Shown here: positions 27,502 to 37,863 of the stretch, piece by piece
Layout of the letters: every line of letters begins with the position of its first letter
Numbering within the stretch: the stretch's first letter is position 1
NCBI GenBank assembly: GCA_963674705.1
Contig: OY771506.1
Location: 2,240,001 to 2,304,000, forward strand
DNA from: Phycisphaeraceae bacterium
Lineage (GTDB): Bacteria; Planctomycetota; Phycisphaerae; Phycisphaerales; Phycisphaeraceae
Direction of reading: 5' to 3'
DNA: 64,000 nt
The notes under the pieces: generated by a model
Databases searched by the model: none
Seen by the model: only the letters and a program-made list of their open reading frames with translations
What the model was told of the DNA's origin: nothing
Translations under genes and position numbers: made by a program

Positions 27502-29265
27502 ATGGATTTGGACGCCGCGATCCAGTTTGCCGCTTCGGCGCTAAGCGCGGGGCGATTGGCGGAAGCCGAGACAACCTGTAAATCAATCCTGGCCGCTGAA
27601 CGTGATTCAGCGGTCGTTTTGCAATTGCTCGGGCTGATCAAACACCGCAAGCAACAATACGATGCTGCGGTCAAACACCTCAAGCGTTCGGTTCAGCTCA
27701 ATCCCGATCAAGCGGTCTGGCACTTCAACCTGGGTGTCTCCTGTCGTGCGGCGGGGAAACTCGAAGACGCCCGGCAGGCCTATTTGCATGCGGTACGGCT
27801 CGATCCGACGTACACCTCGGCGCATTACAACCTCGGTTCGGTATTGATTGCGCTTGGTGAGACAGATCAGGCGCTTGAATGCTTTAAAACCACGCTGAAG
27901 CTGGACCCTGAGCACGGCAACGCGTGTTTCCATGCGGGGGCGCTATACCGGGATGCGGGTAATAACGGCCGGGCACTGAAGATGCTGCGCAAGGCGGCGC
28001 AATTATTACCCGATGATGAGCAGGTCCTACTTGCGCTGGCGGTGGTGTTGATTGATGCGGCCGAGTTGGATGAGGCGAAAACACTGTTAGAGGGGGTGCT
28101 GCGCGATAAGCCGGGGTCTGGCGGGGCGGCGACGAACCTGGCGGTGGTTTACGAGCGGATGGGCGAGCCGGCGCAGGCGTGGGAGTTGATCGAACCGTTA
28201 CTCGGTGAATCGGGTGTGGGGGCGGATGCGGCGCTGGTGTTTGCGGATTTTGCGAAGAAGCTGGGCAAGGAAGGGCGTGCGATCGAGGCACTGCACGATT
28301 CGCTTGAACAGGATGATGGGGCAGGCGATCGGCAGATGTTGTGCCACTTCGCGCTTGGCCGGCTGTATGACGAGCGGGGCCAAGCGGACGAGGCGTTTGA
28401 GCACTTTGAACAAGGCAACGGATTAAAGCATCGGCGGTTCGATCCTGATGAGCACGAGCAATACGTCGAGATGATCCTGCGTGCGTTTGATGGAGGTTCA
28501 CTAACCAGGCATGAGCGAGCGACGAACGCGGATGGTCGGCCGGTGTTCATCGTGGGGATGCCGCGGTCGGGCACGAGCCTGGTGGAACAGATCCTGGCGA
28601 CACACGAACAGGTAACAGGCGGGGGCGAGTTGCCGACGGTGTCGAACCTGGCGCGTCAGCTCGAGCATTTAACGAACGGGGCCGATGGGAAGCGAGCGTA
28701 TCCGGATGTCATTACGCAAGCGCAGCTAGATGAGATGGCGCGGATATATTTGGCGCAGATCGAAAGGATCGATGCCGGGGCGTCGCGTGTGACGGATAAG
28801 ACGCCGACGAATTTTTTGTATTTAGGTTTGATCGCACGCATGCTGCCCGGGGCAAAGATCATCCACTGCAAACGCGATCCGATGGCGGCGTGCTGGTCGT
28901 GCTATACCAAGAACTTCGTCGGCAGCCATGCCTACAGCTACAACCTCGAGCATCTGGGTCTGTATCACCGCCAGTACCAGCGGTTGATGACGCATTGGCG
29001 GCGGGTGCTGGATGTCCCGATGCTGGAGGTGGAGTACGAGCGGCTGGTCAGCGAGCCGGAGACACAGATGCGTCAGTTGATCGGGTTTGCCGGGCTTGAA
29101 TGGTCAGACGTTTGCCTGCGGTTCCATGAGAACAAACGGCGGGCGCCGTCGGCGAGCTACGACCAGGTGCGTCAGCCGATCTATACCAACGCGATCGACC
29201 ACTGGCGGCGGTACGAGAGGCATCTTGGCCCGCTGCGCGAGGCGCTGGGTAGGTCGGCGGCGTGA
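27502..29265 (+). CDS. TPR-repeat-containing sulfotransferase
   Basis: N-terminal TPRs; FIVGMPRSGTSLVEQIL (PAPS loop), TDKTP, IIHCKRDP, YERLV, ASYDQVRQPIY. Confidence 0.9.
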   Translation: MDLDAAIQFAASALSAGRLAEAETTCKSILAAERDSAVVLQLLGLIKHRKQQYDAAVKHLKRSVQLNPDQAVWHFNLGVSCRAAGKLEDARQAYLHAVRLDPTYTSAHYNLGSVLIALGETDQALECFKTTLKLDPEHGNACFHAGALYRDAGNNGRALKMLRKAAQLLPDDEQVLLALAVVLIDAAELDEAKTLLEGVLRDKPGSGGAATNLAVVYERMGEPAQAWELIEPLLGESGVGADAALVFADFAKKLGKEGRAIEALHDSLEQDDGAGDRQMLCHFALGRLYDERGQADEAFEHFEQGNGLKHRRFDPDEHEQYVEMILRAFDGGSLTRHERATNADGRPVFIVGMPRSGTSLVEQILATHEQVTGGGELPTVSNLARQLEHLTNGADGKRAYPDVITQAQLDEMARIYLAQIERIDAGASRVTDKTPTNFLYLGLIARMLPGAKIIHCKRDPMAACWSCYTKNFVGSHAYSYNLEHLGLYHRQYQRLMTHWRRVLDVPMLEVEYERLVSEPETQMRQLIGFAGLEWSDVCLRFHENKRRAPSASYDQVRQPIYTNAIDHWRRYERHLGPLREALGRSAA

Positions 29266-29284
29266 AACGCGGTAGCATATCGGT

Positions 29285-29956
29285 GTGCTGGCGATAGAGA
29301 ACCTGCAAATCAGAGCGAATCCCTTTGATGGCCCCGCGCTCATCGAAGGCTTATCTATCAAGGTGGAACGCTACCAGGCGGTGGGGATTGTTGGGCCTTC
29401 GGGGTGTGGCAAGTCGACGCTGCTGCGTTCGATCGCGGGGTTGATTGATCCGGTGGGCGGAGAGGTGGCGATCGATGGTCGCTCGCCGATGGAGCTTGGC
29501 TACCCTGAGTTTCGTAGGCGCGTGATGCTTGTGCCGCAACGGCCGACCGTGTGGGATGGATCGGTGTGTGACAACCTGCTGCGGCCGCGCAGTTTTGATG
29601 CGGTTAGACATGAATATACGCGTGGCGGTTGCGAGGCGATGCTGGGCAAGGTCGGCTTGGCTGATAAGTTGGATGCGTCCGCGGCGACGTTATCCGAAGG
29701 AGAAAAGCAACGCGTTTGCCTGGTTCGTGCGGTGTTGGCTGAACCTGACTTTTTGCTTCTGGATGAGCCGACGTCTGCGCTTGATGGCGGATCGGTGGGG
29801 TGGGTAGAGTCGCTGCTTCGTCAAGCGATGAGTGATAACGATGGGATGGGGGCGTTAGTTGCGACACATGACCGCGCCTTTGCAGAACGCTTTTGTTCAA
29901 ACGTGATCGACCTGGCTGATTACATGCCTGCGGGGAAGGTGGTGAGTCATGCTTGA
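29285..29956 (+). CDS. ABC ATP-binding protein (FetA/YbbL-like)
   Basis: GPSGCGKSTL, LSEGEKQR, LLLDEPTSALD; coupled to a UPF0014 permease. Confidence 0.82.
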   Translation: MLAIENLQIRANPFDGPALIEGLSIKVERYQAVGIVGPSGCGKSTLLRSIAGLIDPVGGEVAIDGRSPMELGYPEFRRRVMLVPQRPTVWDGSVCDNLLRPRSFDAVRHEYTRGGCEAMLGKVGLADKLDASAATLSEGEKQRVCLVRAVLAEPDFLLLDEPTSALDGGSVGWVESLLRQAMSDNDGMGALVATHDRAFAERFCSNVIDLADYMPAGKVVSHA

Positions 29957-30779
29957 ATTGGCGGTCGATGAGTATGTCAGCCACGCGATCGTATTAAGTG
30001 GTTGGGACCTGGCGATCGCGGCGGGATTGGTCGTGTTGGCAGGGCTGATCAGCCTCTTGTTGCGTTTGGGATTGGAGGGCCGATTAGCGATTGCGTCGCT
30101 GCGGACGGTGGTGCAGTTGATGCTGCTGGGGCTGGTGCTGCGGTTTGTGTTTGACCCGAGTGCGCATTGGTTGTTGGCGGTGGTGGTGGCGGTGATGCTG
30201 CTCATGGCAAGTCGGGAGGCGGTGCGGCGGTCGGAGAGCCGGTTCCGTGGGTTGACGCTGCTTGCGCTGGTGAGCCTGACGCTCAGCGCGATGTTCACGA
30301 CGGTGATGGTGACGGGCGTGATCGTGGGAGTGGAGCCCTGGTACGAGCCTCGCTACATGATCCCGCTGCTGGGCATGATCCTGGGTAATGGGTTGACGGG
30401 TGTGTCGCTGTGTGTGGATACGTTGCTTACGGCGCTGCGTGAGAAGCACGGACACATCGAGACGGATTTAGCATTGGGTGCGACGCGCTGGGAAGCGGCG
30501 CGCGGGCCATTGCGCGACGCGGTGCGGCGGGGATTGATCCCGATCATCAACAGCATGAGCGTGGTGGGGATTGTGTCGATCCCCGGGATGATGACGGGCC
30601 AGATCCTTGCGGGGGCCGATCCTGCCGAGGCGGCGAAGTATCAGATCGTGGTGATGTTCATGATCTCCGCGTCAACAAGTTTGTGCTGCATGTTGATGGC
30701 GCTACTGATTTACAAACGGATGTTCAACAGCCGGCATCAGTTGCGTAGTGAGCTGATCGTGAAAGCGGGGGGAAGTTAG
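29949..30779 (+). CDS. UPF0014 / FetB-like ABC permease
   Basis: RTVVQLMLLG, PWYEPRYMIPLLGMILGN, GIVSIPGMMTGQILAG. Confidence 0.88.
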   Translation: MLELAVDEYVSHAIVLSGWDLAIAAGLVVLAGLISLLLRLGLEGRLAIASLRTVVQLMLLGLVLRFVFDPSAHWLLAVVVAVMLLMASREAVRRSESRFRGLTLLALVSLTLSAMFTTVMVTGVIVGVEPWYEPRYMIPLLGMILGNGLTGVSLCVDTLLTALREKHGHIETDLALGATRWEAARGPLRDAVRRGLIPIINSMSVVGIVSIPGMMTGQILAGADPAEAAKYQIVVMFMISASTSLCCMLMALLIYKRMFNSRHQLRSELIVKAGGS

Positions 30780-30790
30780 ATAAGAGTATT

Positions 30791-30969
30791 AACCACAGAG
30801 GCACAGAGATCACAGAGAAGAGTTTATTTAACAGGGATGAACACAGATAAACACGGATACACGATGTATAGGAAAAGCATTTGAAATGCCTGCTTCCTCG
30901 CATCTGTGTTAATCCGTGTTTATCCCTGTTCCCAATTGCCTTTCTCTGTGTTCTCTGTGCCTCTGTGGT
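30791..30969. repeat. Composite nested inverted repeat (outer ACCACAGAG 9-mer array, inner AACAGGGATGAACAC 10-mer array)
   Basis: Outer pair 30792-30819/30942-30969, inner pair 30830-30858/30902-30930. Confidence 0.85.
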
Positions 30970-30980
30970 GAAACTGAATT

Positions 30981-31772
30981 TTAATCGCCATCGAGCAGTC
31001 GGCCGATGCCGCCGAGGATGGAGCCTTCGCCCTTGGCACTGCCGCCGGAGGAGGGGGCGTGCGCGATGATGCGGTCTGCCATTCTGCTGAAGGGCAGGGA
31101 TTGTATCCAGACGGTGCCGGGGCCGGTAAGGGTGGCGAGGAAGAGTCCTTCGCCGCCGAAGAACATGCTCTTGAGGTTGCCGGCACGTTGGATGTTGTAG
31201 TCGACGCCGGGGTCGAAAGCGACGAGGCAGCCGGTGTCGACCTTGAGCGTTTCGCCGGGGCCGAGTTCTCGTTGGATGATGGTGCCGCCGGCGTGGATGA
31301 AGGCGAGGCCGTCGCCGACGAGTTTCTGGAGGATAAAGCCCTCGCCGCCGAAGAAGCCTGCGCCGAGCCGCTTATTGAAAGCGATGCTGACTTTCGTGCC
31401 GAACGCGGCGCAGAGGAACGCGTCTTTCTGGCAGATGAGTTGGCCGCCATGTTCGGGGAGGTGGACCGGGATGATCTTGCCGGGATAAGGCGCGGCAAAG
31501 GCGACTTGTTTCTTGCCCATGCCGTTGTGTGTGAAGTGCGTCATGAACAGTGACTCGCCGGTCAGCGCGCGTTTACCGACGGAAAGGAGTTTACCCATCA
31601 CGCCTTCGTTAGCGGTTGAGCCGTCACCCATCTTCGCTTCGAAGGTGATGCCGTCTTCCATGTAATTCATGGCTCCGGCTTCGGCGATCACGGTTTCGCC
31701 CGGGTCGAGTTCGACGAGCACCATCTGCATGTCGTCGCCGACGATTTCGTAGTCAAGTTCATGGCTTTTCAT
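30981..31772 (-). CDS. TIGR00266 / AIM24 family protein
   Basis: [60 protein letters not shown]. Confidence 0.88.
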   Translation of the reverse strand: MKSHELDYEIVGDDMQMVLVELDPGETVIAEAGAMNYMEDGITFEAKMGDGSTANEGVMGKLLSVGKRALTGESLFMTHFTHNGMGKKQVAFAAPYPGKIIPVHLPEHGGQLICQKDAFLCAAFGTKVSIAFNKRLGAGFFGGEGFILQKLVGDGLAFIHAGGTIIQRELGPGETLKVDTGCLVAFDPGVDYNIQRAGNLKSMFFGGEGLFLATLTGPGTVWIQSLPFSRMADRIIAHAPSSGGSAKGEGSILGGIGRLLDGD

Positions 31773-31912
31773 TGTGTCTCCCTTTGATTGTGCCTGATGC
31801 TGTATGTCAGGAATATAGCGGAAATATAGAGTATAGCGTCAGTCTGTCATGGATTTGTGAAATATGTTGTTGGGCGGCGCAGAAGTGGGAAGATTTGTCG
31901 CGTTGGTGTGGA

Positions 31913-33409
31913 TTAGTCTGTTGGATCATGTGTAGCGCGTTCGGATTCGGAGCAGATGCCGTTAAGCATGCCGCTGAAGACGACGTGGTGCAGGGGCAGG
32001 ACGCTGTACCAGTAGAGCAGGCCGATGAGCCCGGCGGGCCTGAAGCGTGCGGTTTGTGTCAGGCGTGTACGCGGTGGTGTGCTATTTCCCGGTTGGTTTT
32101 CGAGCGGTTCGATGTTGAACTCGAGCGTCGCTTTTCCGGGCAGTTTCATTTCGGCGATGAGCAGCAGGCGTTGCGGCGTGATCCGTGAGACGCGCCAGAA
32201 GTCGAGTGCGTCGCCGGTGGACAGGTGTTTGGGGTCTCGACGTCCTCGCCGCAGGCCGGGCCCGCCGACGAGTTTGTCCATCATGCCACGCAAGCGCCAG
32301 AGCCAGTCGGCCGCGTAGTAGCCATGTCCGCCGCCGACCAGGCAGACGGCGTCGAAGACCTCTTGGGGTGATGCGCTGACTTCGATCCGCCGTTCATCGA
32401 CGAAAATCTTGCCACCCGCCCAGTCCGGGTCGCCGGGGATCGGGCCGGAGTCAGACCATGCGGTCTCGACCTGGTCGCGTTTGACTTTACCGACCGCGGC
32501 GCGGATGGCTTGCTCGGTGGTGAGTAGTTCCTGCGGCATCAGACGTTGTGCCTCATCATTTCGACAAACCACACGGTTACGCAAGCCTTCGGCGAGTGGT
32601 CTGGCCATGCGGTAGCTGACCGGTGTGACCAGGTGGATCCACATCGAGCTGAGCCTCGGTGTCAGAACGGGCACGGGCAATATCCACCGGCGGGGCAGGT
32701 CGAGCGCCTCGGTCATGATGCGCATCAACTCACGGTAGGTCAGCACGTCGGGCCCGCCGATATCCAATGTTTTGCCGATCGTCTCAGGTGTTTTCAGGCA
32801 GGCGACAAGATAGTGCAGCACGTTGCGGATGCCGATCGGTTGGCTTTGTGTTGTTACCCATTTGGGTGTAATCATCACCGGCAGGCGTTCGACCAGGTAG
32901 CGCAGGATTTCAAATGAGGCGGAGCCCGAACCGATGATCATCGCGGCACGCAGGATGGTGACGGGGACGCCGGCACTTGCCAGCGCTTCTTCGACCTCCC
33001 GGCGGGAGCTGAGGTGTTCGCTCAGATCATCACCCAATTCCCCAAGCCCGCCGAGATAGATGATCCGCTGCACGCTCGCTTGTTTCGCGGCCCGTGCGAA
33101 AGTCTCAGCCATGATCCTGTCCTGCTCGGCGTATCCTTTACCGACCGCCTGCATCGAGTGCACGAGGTAGTATGCGGCAAAACAGCCACGCATCTGTTGC
33201 GTGAGATTTTCTTCATCAAGGATGTCTGCCTGCCTGCAATCAACGCGCGGGTCGTCGGTCCACGGCCGGGCTTGCAACTTGTCCACTGAACGCACGAGGC
33301 AGCGCACGTTATATCCCGCGTCCAGCAGGTGGGCGCCGAGCCGACCGCCAACGTAACCCGTCGCGCCGGTCAGGCAGATCGTGTTTTGGGTGTTTGAATC
33401 CTGCCCCAT
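31913..33409 (-). CDS. NAD(P)-dependent SDR/epimerase with DUF2867 domain (YbjT-like)
   Basis: TGATGYVGGRL, AYYLVHSM, LSEHLSSR, IIGSGSASFE, GDALDFWRV, AEMKLPG. Confidence 0.88.
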   Translation of the reverse strand: MGQDSNTQNTICLTGATGYVGGRLGAHLLDAGYNVRCLVRSVDKLQARPWTDDPRVDCRQADILDEENLTQQMRGCFAAYYLVHSMQAVGKGYAEQDRIMAETFARAAKQASVQRIIYLGGLGELGDDLSEHLSSRREVEEALASAGVPVTILRAAMIIGSGSASFEILRYLVERLPVMITPKWVTTQSQPIGIRNVLHYLVACLKTPETIGKTLDIGGPDVLTYRELMRIMTEALDLPRRWILPVPVLTPRLSSMWIHLVTPVSYRMARPLAEGLRNRVVCRNDEAQRLMPQELLTTEQAIRAAVGKVKRDQVETAWSDSGPIPGDPDWAGGKIFVDERRIEVSASPQEVFDAVCLVGGGHGYYAADWLWRLRGMMDKLVGGPGLRRGRRDPKHLSTGDALDFWRVSRITPQRLLLIAEMKLPGKATLEFNIEPLENQPGNSTPPRTRLTQTARFRPAGLIGLLYWYSVLPLHHVVFSGMLNGICSESERATHDPTD

Positions 33410-33492
33410 GATTTGAACCTGTCTGTAAGAGTATATTCGCAATGTCTGTGTGTTTGGATTCAGGAGGGGGAAGTTGTGGCGTGTATTGACAG

Positions 33493-33522
33493 AAAAGGCC
33501 CACGTTCGGCAAACGTGGGCTT
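33493..33522 (-). terminator. Intrinsic terminator downstream of trpG/pabA
   Basis: gcccacgtt/aacgtgggc stem with an A-tract on the left (U-tract on the minus strand). Confidence 0.6.
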
Positions 33523-33552
33523 CGTGGGGTGTATTTTATATGTGGCGGGTGA

Positions 33553-34167
33553 TTAGCCGGTTTTTTCGAGTTTGGGGGCGGGCAGGTGAAGGAAGTTGGC
33601 GAGCATGCGGGGGCCTTCGAGCGTGAGGAAGCTTTCGGGGTGGAATTGCACGCCCTCGAGCGGTGCGTCGCCAAACACGCCGGGCTTTGCACGCAGGGCC
33701 ATGATCTCATCTTCTTCGGTCCACGCGCTGATCTCGAAGCGTTTGTCATCGAAGCTGTCCTTGCGGATGACAAGGCTGTGATAGCGTGTGGCGGTGAAGG
33801 GGTTAGACAAACCTTCGAAGATGGTTTTGCCATCGTGGTGGATGGGGGATGTTTTGCCGTGCATCAGGCGGACGTTGCGTTCGACGATCATCCCGTGGCT
33901 GTGGCCGATGGATTGATGACCGAGGCAGACACCGAGCAGCGGCACCTTGCCGGCAAAGGTCGTGATGATGTCGCAACTCACCCCGGCTTCCTTAGGCGTG
34001 CACGGCCCGGGCGAGACGATGACATGGTCCGGCTTCATCGCCAGCGCCTCGTCCGCGGTGATCTTGTCGTTACGTATCACCCGCAGGTCCAGCGACGCAT
34101 CCAGCTCCCCGATCCGCTGGACGAGGTTGTAGGTGAAGGAGTCGTAGTTGTCGATGAGTAGGATCAT
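33553..34167 (-). CDS. trpG: Anthranilate/aminodeoxychorismate synthase component II (glutamine amidotransferase)
   Basis: [41 protein letters not shown]; trpG versus pabA cannot be resolved. Confidence 0.9.
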   Translation of the reverse strand: MILLIDNYDSFTYNLVQRIGELDASLDLRVIRNDKITADEALAMKPDHVIVSPGPCTPKEAGVSCDIITTFAGKVPLLGVCLGHQSIGHSHGMIVERNVRLMHGKTSPIHHDGKTIFEGLSNPFTATRYHSLVIRKDSFDDKRFEISAWTEEDEIMALRAKPGVFGDAPLEGVQFHPESFLTLEGPRMLANFLHLPAPKLEKTG

Positions 34168-34315
34168 GGGGATAGGGTATAGGGTTTAGGGTGTAGGGTC
34201 TAGGGTGAAGATCGGGTGTGGGGTTTGGGGTGTGGGGGTAGGAGATTTTTAATCGCTGATCGTTAATCGCTAATGATTCTTTTCCACGCCGGTCCTGAGC
34301 GAAGCGAAGGGGCGG
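34168..34315. repeat. Heptamer arrays (TAGGGTN, TTAATCG) and a GCCGGTCCTGAGCGAAGCGAAGGG repeat
   Basis: Direct reading; a related copy gccggttctgagcacagcgaaggg lies at ~5000-5023. Confidence 0.7.
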
Positions 34316-34323
34316 GTGCTGTT

Positions 34324-34710
34324 TCAATCAACTGTAAACACCGGGCTCCAGAATGGCATGATCATCGCAATGGAATAGGTGCATAGAGTCAGACTTACCA
34401 ACATGGCTACCACCACATTGATAATCAAGCTGGCGCCGTGATGCTTAGTAAGCACAAATTCCTTCACGATGACTACGGCCAGAATCGTTAGTGTGCATAT
34501 GGTTAATGGTACATACCAACCCAAAATGAACAGAGTTAAAGTAGGCACATCTGTATCAAAGTCTTCGTAGACATTGATGAATACCCGTGTGCGATAATAG
34601 ACAATCGCAGCCGTCGCTACGCATATAATCATCGCAAGCCCGCAGGTGATGTGAGACAATAAGGTAATTGTGGTAGCTGGGTCTGTTTTTTCGGGTGTGT
34701 TGCTCATCAT
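34324..34710 (-). CDS. Small hypothetical membrane protein (3 TM), AT-rich
   Basis: 128 aa; GGGG SD-like; FINVYEDFDTDVPTLT resembles a PilC/GspF periplasmic loop segment. Confidence 0.6.
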   Translation of the reverse strand: MMSNTPEKTDPATTITLLSHITCGLAMIICVATAAIVYYRTRVFINVYEDFDTDVPTLTLFILGWYVPLTICTLTILAVVIVKEFVLTKHHGASLIINVVVAMLVSLTLCTYSIAMIMPFWSPVFTVD

Positions 34711-34723
34711 GCCCCCATGTCTT

Positions 34724-34761
34724 CACCAACCACCAACCACTAACCACTAACCACTAACCAC
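34724..34761. repeat. Heptamer repeat (CACYAAC)5 overlapping the leuS stop
   Basis: caccaac caccaac cactaac cactaac cactaac cac. Confidence 0.85.
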
Positions 34762-37626
34762 AATATTAATCAACCGCTTCGGCACCACGATCACTTTCCG
34801 CACCGTTTTACCCGCGAGGTGTTCGGCGACGTTTTCGTCGGCTCTGGCGGCGGCTTCGATCGCCTTATCGTCGGCATCCGCGGGGACGGTGACTTTGCCG
34901 CGCAGTTTGCCGTTGACCTGGACGGGGTATTCGATTTCATCATCCACAAGCAGGGCGGGGTCGGCCTTCGGCCAATCGGTGTTTGCGATGGATGAATCGT
35001 GGCCCATGCGCTGCCACAGTTCCTCGCAGACGTGCGGGGCGATCGGCGCGAGCATAGGGAGCATGTTCTCGGCGACTTCGCGCGGGATGGTCTTAAGTGA
35101 AACCAACTCGTTGTTCAATTCGATCAGCGCAGCGATTGCGACGTTGAAGGCCATGCCGTTCATCGAATCGGTGACGCGCTTGATCGTCTTGTGCAGCTTG
35201 CGTTTCAAGGCTTCATCAGTCTTGTCGGATGTTACCAGCAGCTCTCCGGCGTCTTCGTTGACGAAGTTACGCCACAAGCGTTGCAGGAATCGGTGGACAC
35301 CGACGATGTCGCGCGTGTTCCAGACCTTGGATTGATCGAGTGGGCCGAGATACATTTCGTAGAGGCGCAGCGTGTCGCAGCCGTACGATTCGCAGACTTC
35401 ATCCGGGCTGACCGCGTTCTTCAGGCTCTTACCCATCTTGCCGAACTCACGGTTGACGGGCTCGCCTTCGTAGAGGTATTTGCCGTCCTTGTCGTCGACC
35501 TTTTCGGCTTCGACGTAGACGCCGCGCTGGTCGGTGTAGGCATACGCCTGGATGTAGCCCTGGTTAAACAGTCGGCCGAACGGTTCGGGTGTACCGACGT
35601 GGCCGAGGTCGTAGAGGACTTTGTGCCAGAAGCGCGCGTAGAGCAGGTGGAGTACGGCGTGTTCTGCGCCGCCGACGTAGAGGTCGATGCCGTTCTTACC
35701 CATCCAGTAGTTTTCGGCCTCTTCACTGACGAAGCGGTTGCTGTTGGTCGGGTCGAGGTAGCGCAGGTAGTACCAGCATGAGCCGGCCCATTGGGGCATG
35801 GTGTTCAGTTCGCGCGTGTACTTCTTGCCGTTGTGTTCAACAACCTTCCAGCTTTCCGGGGCGCGGCTGAGCGGGGTCTGCGGCGGGGCATCGGGATCGT
35901 CGCTGGCGTGCGGCTTGAAGTCTTCCATTTCAGGAAGTTCGACGGGCAGGTCTTCTTCAGGCACGGGGACGATGTGGCCGTCCTCCGCGTGGAGGATGGG
36001 GAAGGGTTCGCCCCAGTAGCGTTGCCGGCTGAACAGCCAGTCGCGCAGTTTGTATTGGACGGTGCCTTTACCGAATCCGCGGCGTTTGAGCCAATCGGTG
36101 ATGGTTGATTTGGCATCGGGGGTAAGCAGGCCGTTCAGGCTGACCTCTTCGTTTTCGGAGTGGATGCCCGCGCCTGTGCCGGGGAATGCTGCGCTGAATG
36201 TGTCGGGGTGCAAGACGTAGTAGGCACGCAGTTCGTTGAGGTCTTCGGTGTTGCAATCCTTGGGTGCATGTTCCTTGAGCCAGTCGACGGTCGGCAGGAC
36301 GACGGGCTTGATATCGATCTTAAATTGCTTGGCAAAGTCGAAGTCGCGCTGGTCGTGTGCGGGGACGGCCATGATCGCGCCTGTACCATAGCCCATCATG
36401 ACGTAGTCGGCGATCCAGATCGGGATCTTGTCGTTGTCGACGGGATTCAGTGCGTACGCGCCGGTGAAGACGCCGGTCTTTTCCTTGTTTTCCGCCTGGC
36501 GGTCGACATCCGTCTTCGCGGCGGCTTCTTTTTTGTATTGCTTGACGGCGTCGCGCTGCTCGGGTGTGGTGATCGAATTCACCAGCGGGTGTTCGGGCGC
36601 AAGCACCATGTACGTCGCGCCGAAGAGCGTGTCGGGGCGCGTGGTGAAGACGGTGATGACATCTTCAGGGGATTCGGCTGAGCCGTAGGCGAGCGGGAAG
36701 TGGACCTCTGCGCCTTCGCTGCGGCCGATCCAGTTGCGCTGCATGAGCTTGATCGGCTCGGGCCAATCGACGAGTTCCAGGTCATCTGCCAAACGTTCGC
36801 AGTACGCGGTGATGCGCAACATCCACTGCTTCAAGGGGCGTTTGAAGACGGGGTGGTTGCCGCGTTCGGATTTACCTTCGTTCGTCACTTCCTCGTTGGC
36901 GAGCACGGTCCCAAGTGCGGGGCACCAGTTGACGGGGACCTCTGCCAGATAGGCGAGGCGATATTCATCGAGCAGACGTGCCTGCTGATCGGGTTGGAGT
37001 TCGGTCCATTTGCGTGCGCCGGGCACGACACCACCGAGCGTGTCCATGACGCCTTCGGCAGAATCGCTGACGAGGTCGCCGTCCGGGCCGATGTCGTAGT
37101 CGCCGGCTTCGAGCGCCTGGATCAGTTCATCGATCGGCTCGGCTTTGCCGGCGACAGGGTTGAACCAACTGTTGTAGAGCTGCAGGAATATCCACTGCGT
37201 CCACTTGTAGTAGCCGGGATCGGTGGTCGCCAGGCAGCGGTCCCAGTCATAACCCAGGCCGAGGCGTTTGAGCTGGCGGGTCATGTTGGCGATGTTCTTG
37301 TCGGTGGTAACGCGCGGGTGCACCCCATGCTCGACGGCGAACTGCTCGGCGGGCAGGCCGAAGGCGTCGTAGCCCATCGGGTGCAGGACGTTGTGTCCTG
37401 TCATCCGCTTGTATCGGGCGACGATGTCGGTGGCGATGTAGCCCAGCGGGTGCCCGACGTGCAGGCCGACGCCTGACGGGTAGGGGAACATGTCCAGGAC
37501 GTAGAACTTGGGCCGATCCGGCCTGAAGTTGTCATCGCTCGGATTGGGTGTTTTGAAGGTTTTGTCGTCGGCCCAGTTCTTCTGCCAACGGTCCTCGATC
37601 GCGGTAAAGTCGTAGTTATGGCTCAT
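34747..37626 (-). CDS. leuS: Leucine--tRNA ligase
   Basis: MFPYPSG.GLHVGH, FTTRPDTLFGAT, GTGAIMAVPAHD, KMGKS, VQVNGKLRG. Confidence 0.97.
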   Translation of the reverse strand: MSHNYDFTAIEDRWQKNWADDKTFKTPNPSDDNFRPDRPKFYVLDMFPYPSGVGLHVGHPLGYIATDIVARYKRMTGHNVLHPMGYDAFGLPAEQFAVEHGVHPRVTTDKNIANMTRQLKRLGLGYDWDRCLATTDPGYYKWTQWIFLQLYNSWFNPVAGKAEPIDELIQALEAGDYDIGPDGDLVSDSAEGVMDTLGGVVPGARKWTELQPDQQARLLDEYRLAYLAEVPVNWCPALGTVLANEEVTNEGKSERGNHPVFKRPLKQWMLRITAYCERLADDLELVDWPEPIKLMQRNWIGRSEGAEVHFPLAYGSAESPEDVITVFTTRPDTLFGATYMVLAPEHPLVNSITTPEQRDAVKQYKKEAAAKTDVDRQAENKEKTGVFTGAYALNPVDNDKIPIWIADYVMMGYGTGAIMAVPAHDQRDFDFAKQFKIDIKPVVLPTVDWLKEHAPKDCNTEDLNELRAYYVLHPDTFSAAFPGTGAGIHSENEEVSLNGLLTPDAKSTITDWLKRRGFGKGTVQYKLRDWLFSRQRYWGEPFPILHAEDGHIVPVPEEDLPVELPEMEDFKPHASDDPDAPPQTPLSRAPESWKVVEHNGKKYTRELNTMPQWAGSCWYYLRYLDPTNSNRFVSEEAENYWMGKNGIDLYVGGAEHAVLHLLYARFWHKVLYDLGHVGTPEPFGRLFNQGYIQAYAYTDQRGVYVEAEKVDDKDGKYLYEGEPVNREFGKMGKSLKNAVSPDEVCESYGCDTLRLYEMYLGPLDQSKVWNTRDIVGVHRFLQRLWRNFVNEDAGELLVTSDKTDEALKRKLHKTIKRVTDSMNGMAFNVAIAALIELNNELVSLKTIPREVAENMLPMLAPIAPHVCEELWQRMGHDSSIANTDWPKADPALLVDDEIEYPVQVNGKLRGKVTVPADADDKAIEAAARADENVAEHLAGKTVRKVIVVPKRLINIVVSG

Positions 37627-37713
37627 GATGGAGATAAGGATATTCGCTGGTAGGGGTTATGGCCAGAAGGCAGCCGTTAGCCCTTAGCTGTTAGCCGTTA
37701 GCACGGATTCAAG

Positions 37714-37862
37714 GCTCGGCGCGGGTCTCCCGACCCCGCCGGTATTTTGTGACCGAAGGTCTCCAAGCTTCAGAGCCAGCCAGGCCGTGACAATATTTAC
37801 GGTTCGCACCATGGAAACCTTCAGGCAGCCGTTTCGGCGGGGTCGGGAGACCCGCGCCGAGC
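37714..37862. repeat. 149-bp REP/MITE-like element, copy 1
   Basis: Perfect 28-bp terminal IR gctcggcgcgggtctcccgaccccgccg, plus inner IR gaaggtctcca/tggaaaccttc. Confidence 0.85.
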
Positions 37863-37863
37863 G

